This document shows, one piece after another, positions 62,534 to 64,000 of a DNA stretch of 64,000 bases. Origin of the DNA: Peribolospora baueri (taxonomy: Eukaryota); assembly GCA_029717555.1 (NCBI GenBank), contig JAMDHS010000053.1, positions 62,001-126,000 of the forward strand. Reading direction: 5' to 3'. A program made the position numbers and the translations under genes. The notes beneath the pieces were generated by a model. That model had not been told where the DNA came from. It saw nothing but the letters and a program-made list of their open reading frames with translations, and ran no database searches. Every line of letters starts with the position of its first letter. Position 1 is the stretch's first letter.

Positions 62534-64000
62534 ATGACGACCGCTGGGACCGCTCGTGTCCACGAATCGTCTTCGGTCATCGACACCGCGTCCCGCCATA
62601 GCACGGCCATCGACGACGGCAATGGACGAGTCCACACCAATCCGCTCGACGGTCGTCCTTCCCCTGTCGCCCTCGAACCCAAGCAGCGCTCGTCGACACC
62701 TTCTTTCAACGAGTCCGACTCCGAGTCGGACCGGGATAGCCGAGCGACCTCCTCTCTTCCCGCCGGCCGTCTCACCGTTCTCCCGTCAGTCGCCCCCTCG
62801 TCCACTGAATCGAGCGTGTACCACCGCTACCCGCCCGCCGCGCAAGATCAACTGGACCAGCGGTTGCGAGTGCGGCAGGACACGGACGTCGGCAAGCAAG
62901 GGCTAGGAAGCCCTTCGTCTACTCCCTCGCGTCGGCCCTCCGACATCGCCCCCACTTTCGGCGGAGTCCCCGCCAGACGGCCGTCATGGTCAGCGTCGGC
63001 GGCAAGCGAGGAGGGGCGCCCGCGTTCTCTCCACCAGACCGGAGCCCAGAGCCAAACCCAGACGCGACAGCGATGGAAGACGGTCGACGTCGTGCGCCTT
63101 GCCGTGGCCTTTACCGCGACGCTCAGCGCAGGCATGTCCGACTCGTCGCTCGGCGCTCTGCTGGACTCGATGCAGATCGCATATGACCTCAGCTACTCGG
63201 TCGTTTCCATGATTTTGTGAGTGACCGTGACCGGTTGCCTGTAGGTCGTCGTTGAGCGAACTCTGCCCCCGTCCGCATGATGACGCTGAGCATACGCCGT
63301 ACGGCCGGCCCCTCTCCCCTCCACTCTGCCCCCCCTTCGTTTCTTTCCTCATCGCACGCAGCCTCGCCAACTGCGCCGGATACTTCGCCTCCTCGGTCTC
63401 CACCACATGGCTCATCCACCGCTTCGGCCTCACCAGGACGCTCACCCTAGCGGCTTTGGTCAACGCGCTCGCCTCGCTGGTCTTGTCTTTCCGCCCTCCT
63501 TTCCCCGTCCTCGTCACCGGCCTTGTCCTAACCGGCTTCGGCAGCGGCATCAACGACGCCGCGTGCTCCACCTACGTCGCCCTCTTCGCTTCGCACTCGC
63601 TCTTCATGACCTGGTACGCCAGCTTCGGCATCGGCGCCTGTGCCACACCGCTCATGATCTCCGCCATGCTCAAGCGAGGCGTCCAATGGCAGAGGTACTA
63701 CTATGTCCCCGTCGCGCTCGCCTCCGTCGTTGGCGTGTGCGAGCAGCTCGCCTTCCGCAACTATCAGATGCCCGACGACGGCGAGTCGGGGCAGCAGCAG
63801 GCAGCTGCCCCCACGACGCTCTATCGGCGCTTCCTGACCGTCATCAGGATGCCCGCCGTGCTCGCGGGGGCGGTGACGATGGCGCTGGCCTTCAGCACGG
63901 CTGACATCCTCTCCTCCTGGAGCGCCTCCTTCCTCATCACCCTCCGCAACGGCGACCCCGCGCTGATGCGACTCCCCATCGCCGGCTTCTGGGGCGGCCA
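62534..64000 (+). CDS. MFS transporter (Bsc6/fucose-permease-like), 3'-truncated by the window
   Basis: AGMSDSSLGALLDSMQIAYDLSYSVVSMI, then hydrophobic helices with PPFPVLV, GFGSGINDA and FGIGACATPL. Confidence 0.88.

Overview
Gene-dense eukaryotic DNA with GC-rich coding sequence and many short GT-AG introns (CTGAC/CTAAC branch sites). This fits a basidiomycete yeast or fungus (inference). About 22 spliced protein-coding genes can be reconstructed by eye: ETR1/MECR (partial), QTRT2, LTN1, a long ferric reductase, a mitochondrial-type orphan, SFT2, a WRN/EXD2-type exonuclease, PEX19, a protein tyrosine phosphatase, a PCID2/Thp1/Csn12 PCI protein, an F-box/LRR-like protein, SUB2, MIR1, ARG3, a Pop8/Rpp14-like RNase P/MRP subunit missed by the ORF track, a sterol-esterase-type lipase, phospholipase D, PNGase A, APC2, an HRT3/FBXO9 F-box protein, a RING-H2 coiled-coil protein and an MFS transporter (partial). 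The best non-coding signal is a box C/D snoRNA with a 19-nt antisense to 18S rRNA (Am100 site) inside a GC-AG intron of the PCI gene. Other leads are a structured 402-nt SUB2 intron, an inward-facing ATCTTG motif array upstream of phospholipase D, and a TRAIP-like ligase architecture. I found no CRISPR array, tRNA, rRNA or intact transposon, and no multi-gene novel system is demonstrable from sequence alone. CDS coordinates are gene spans including introns; exon boundaries were inferred manually and no database searches were run.
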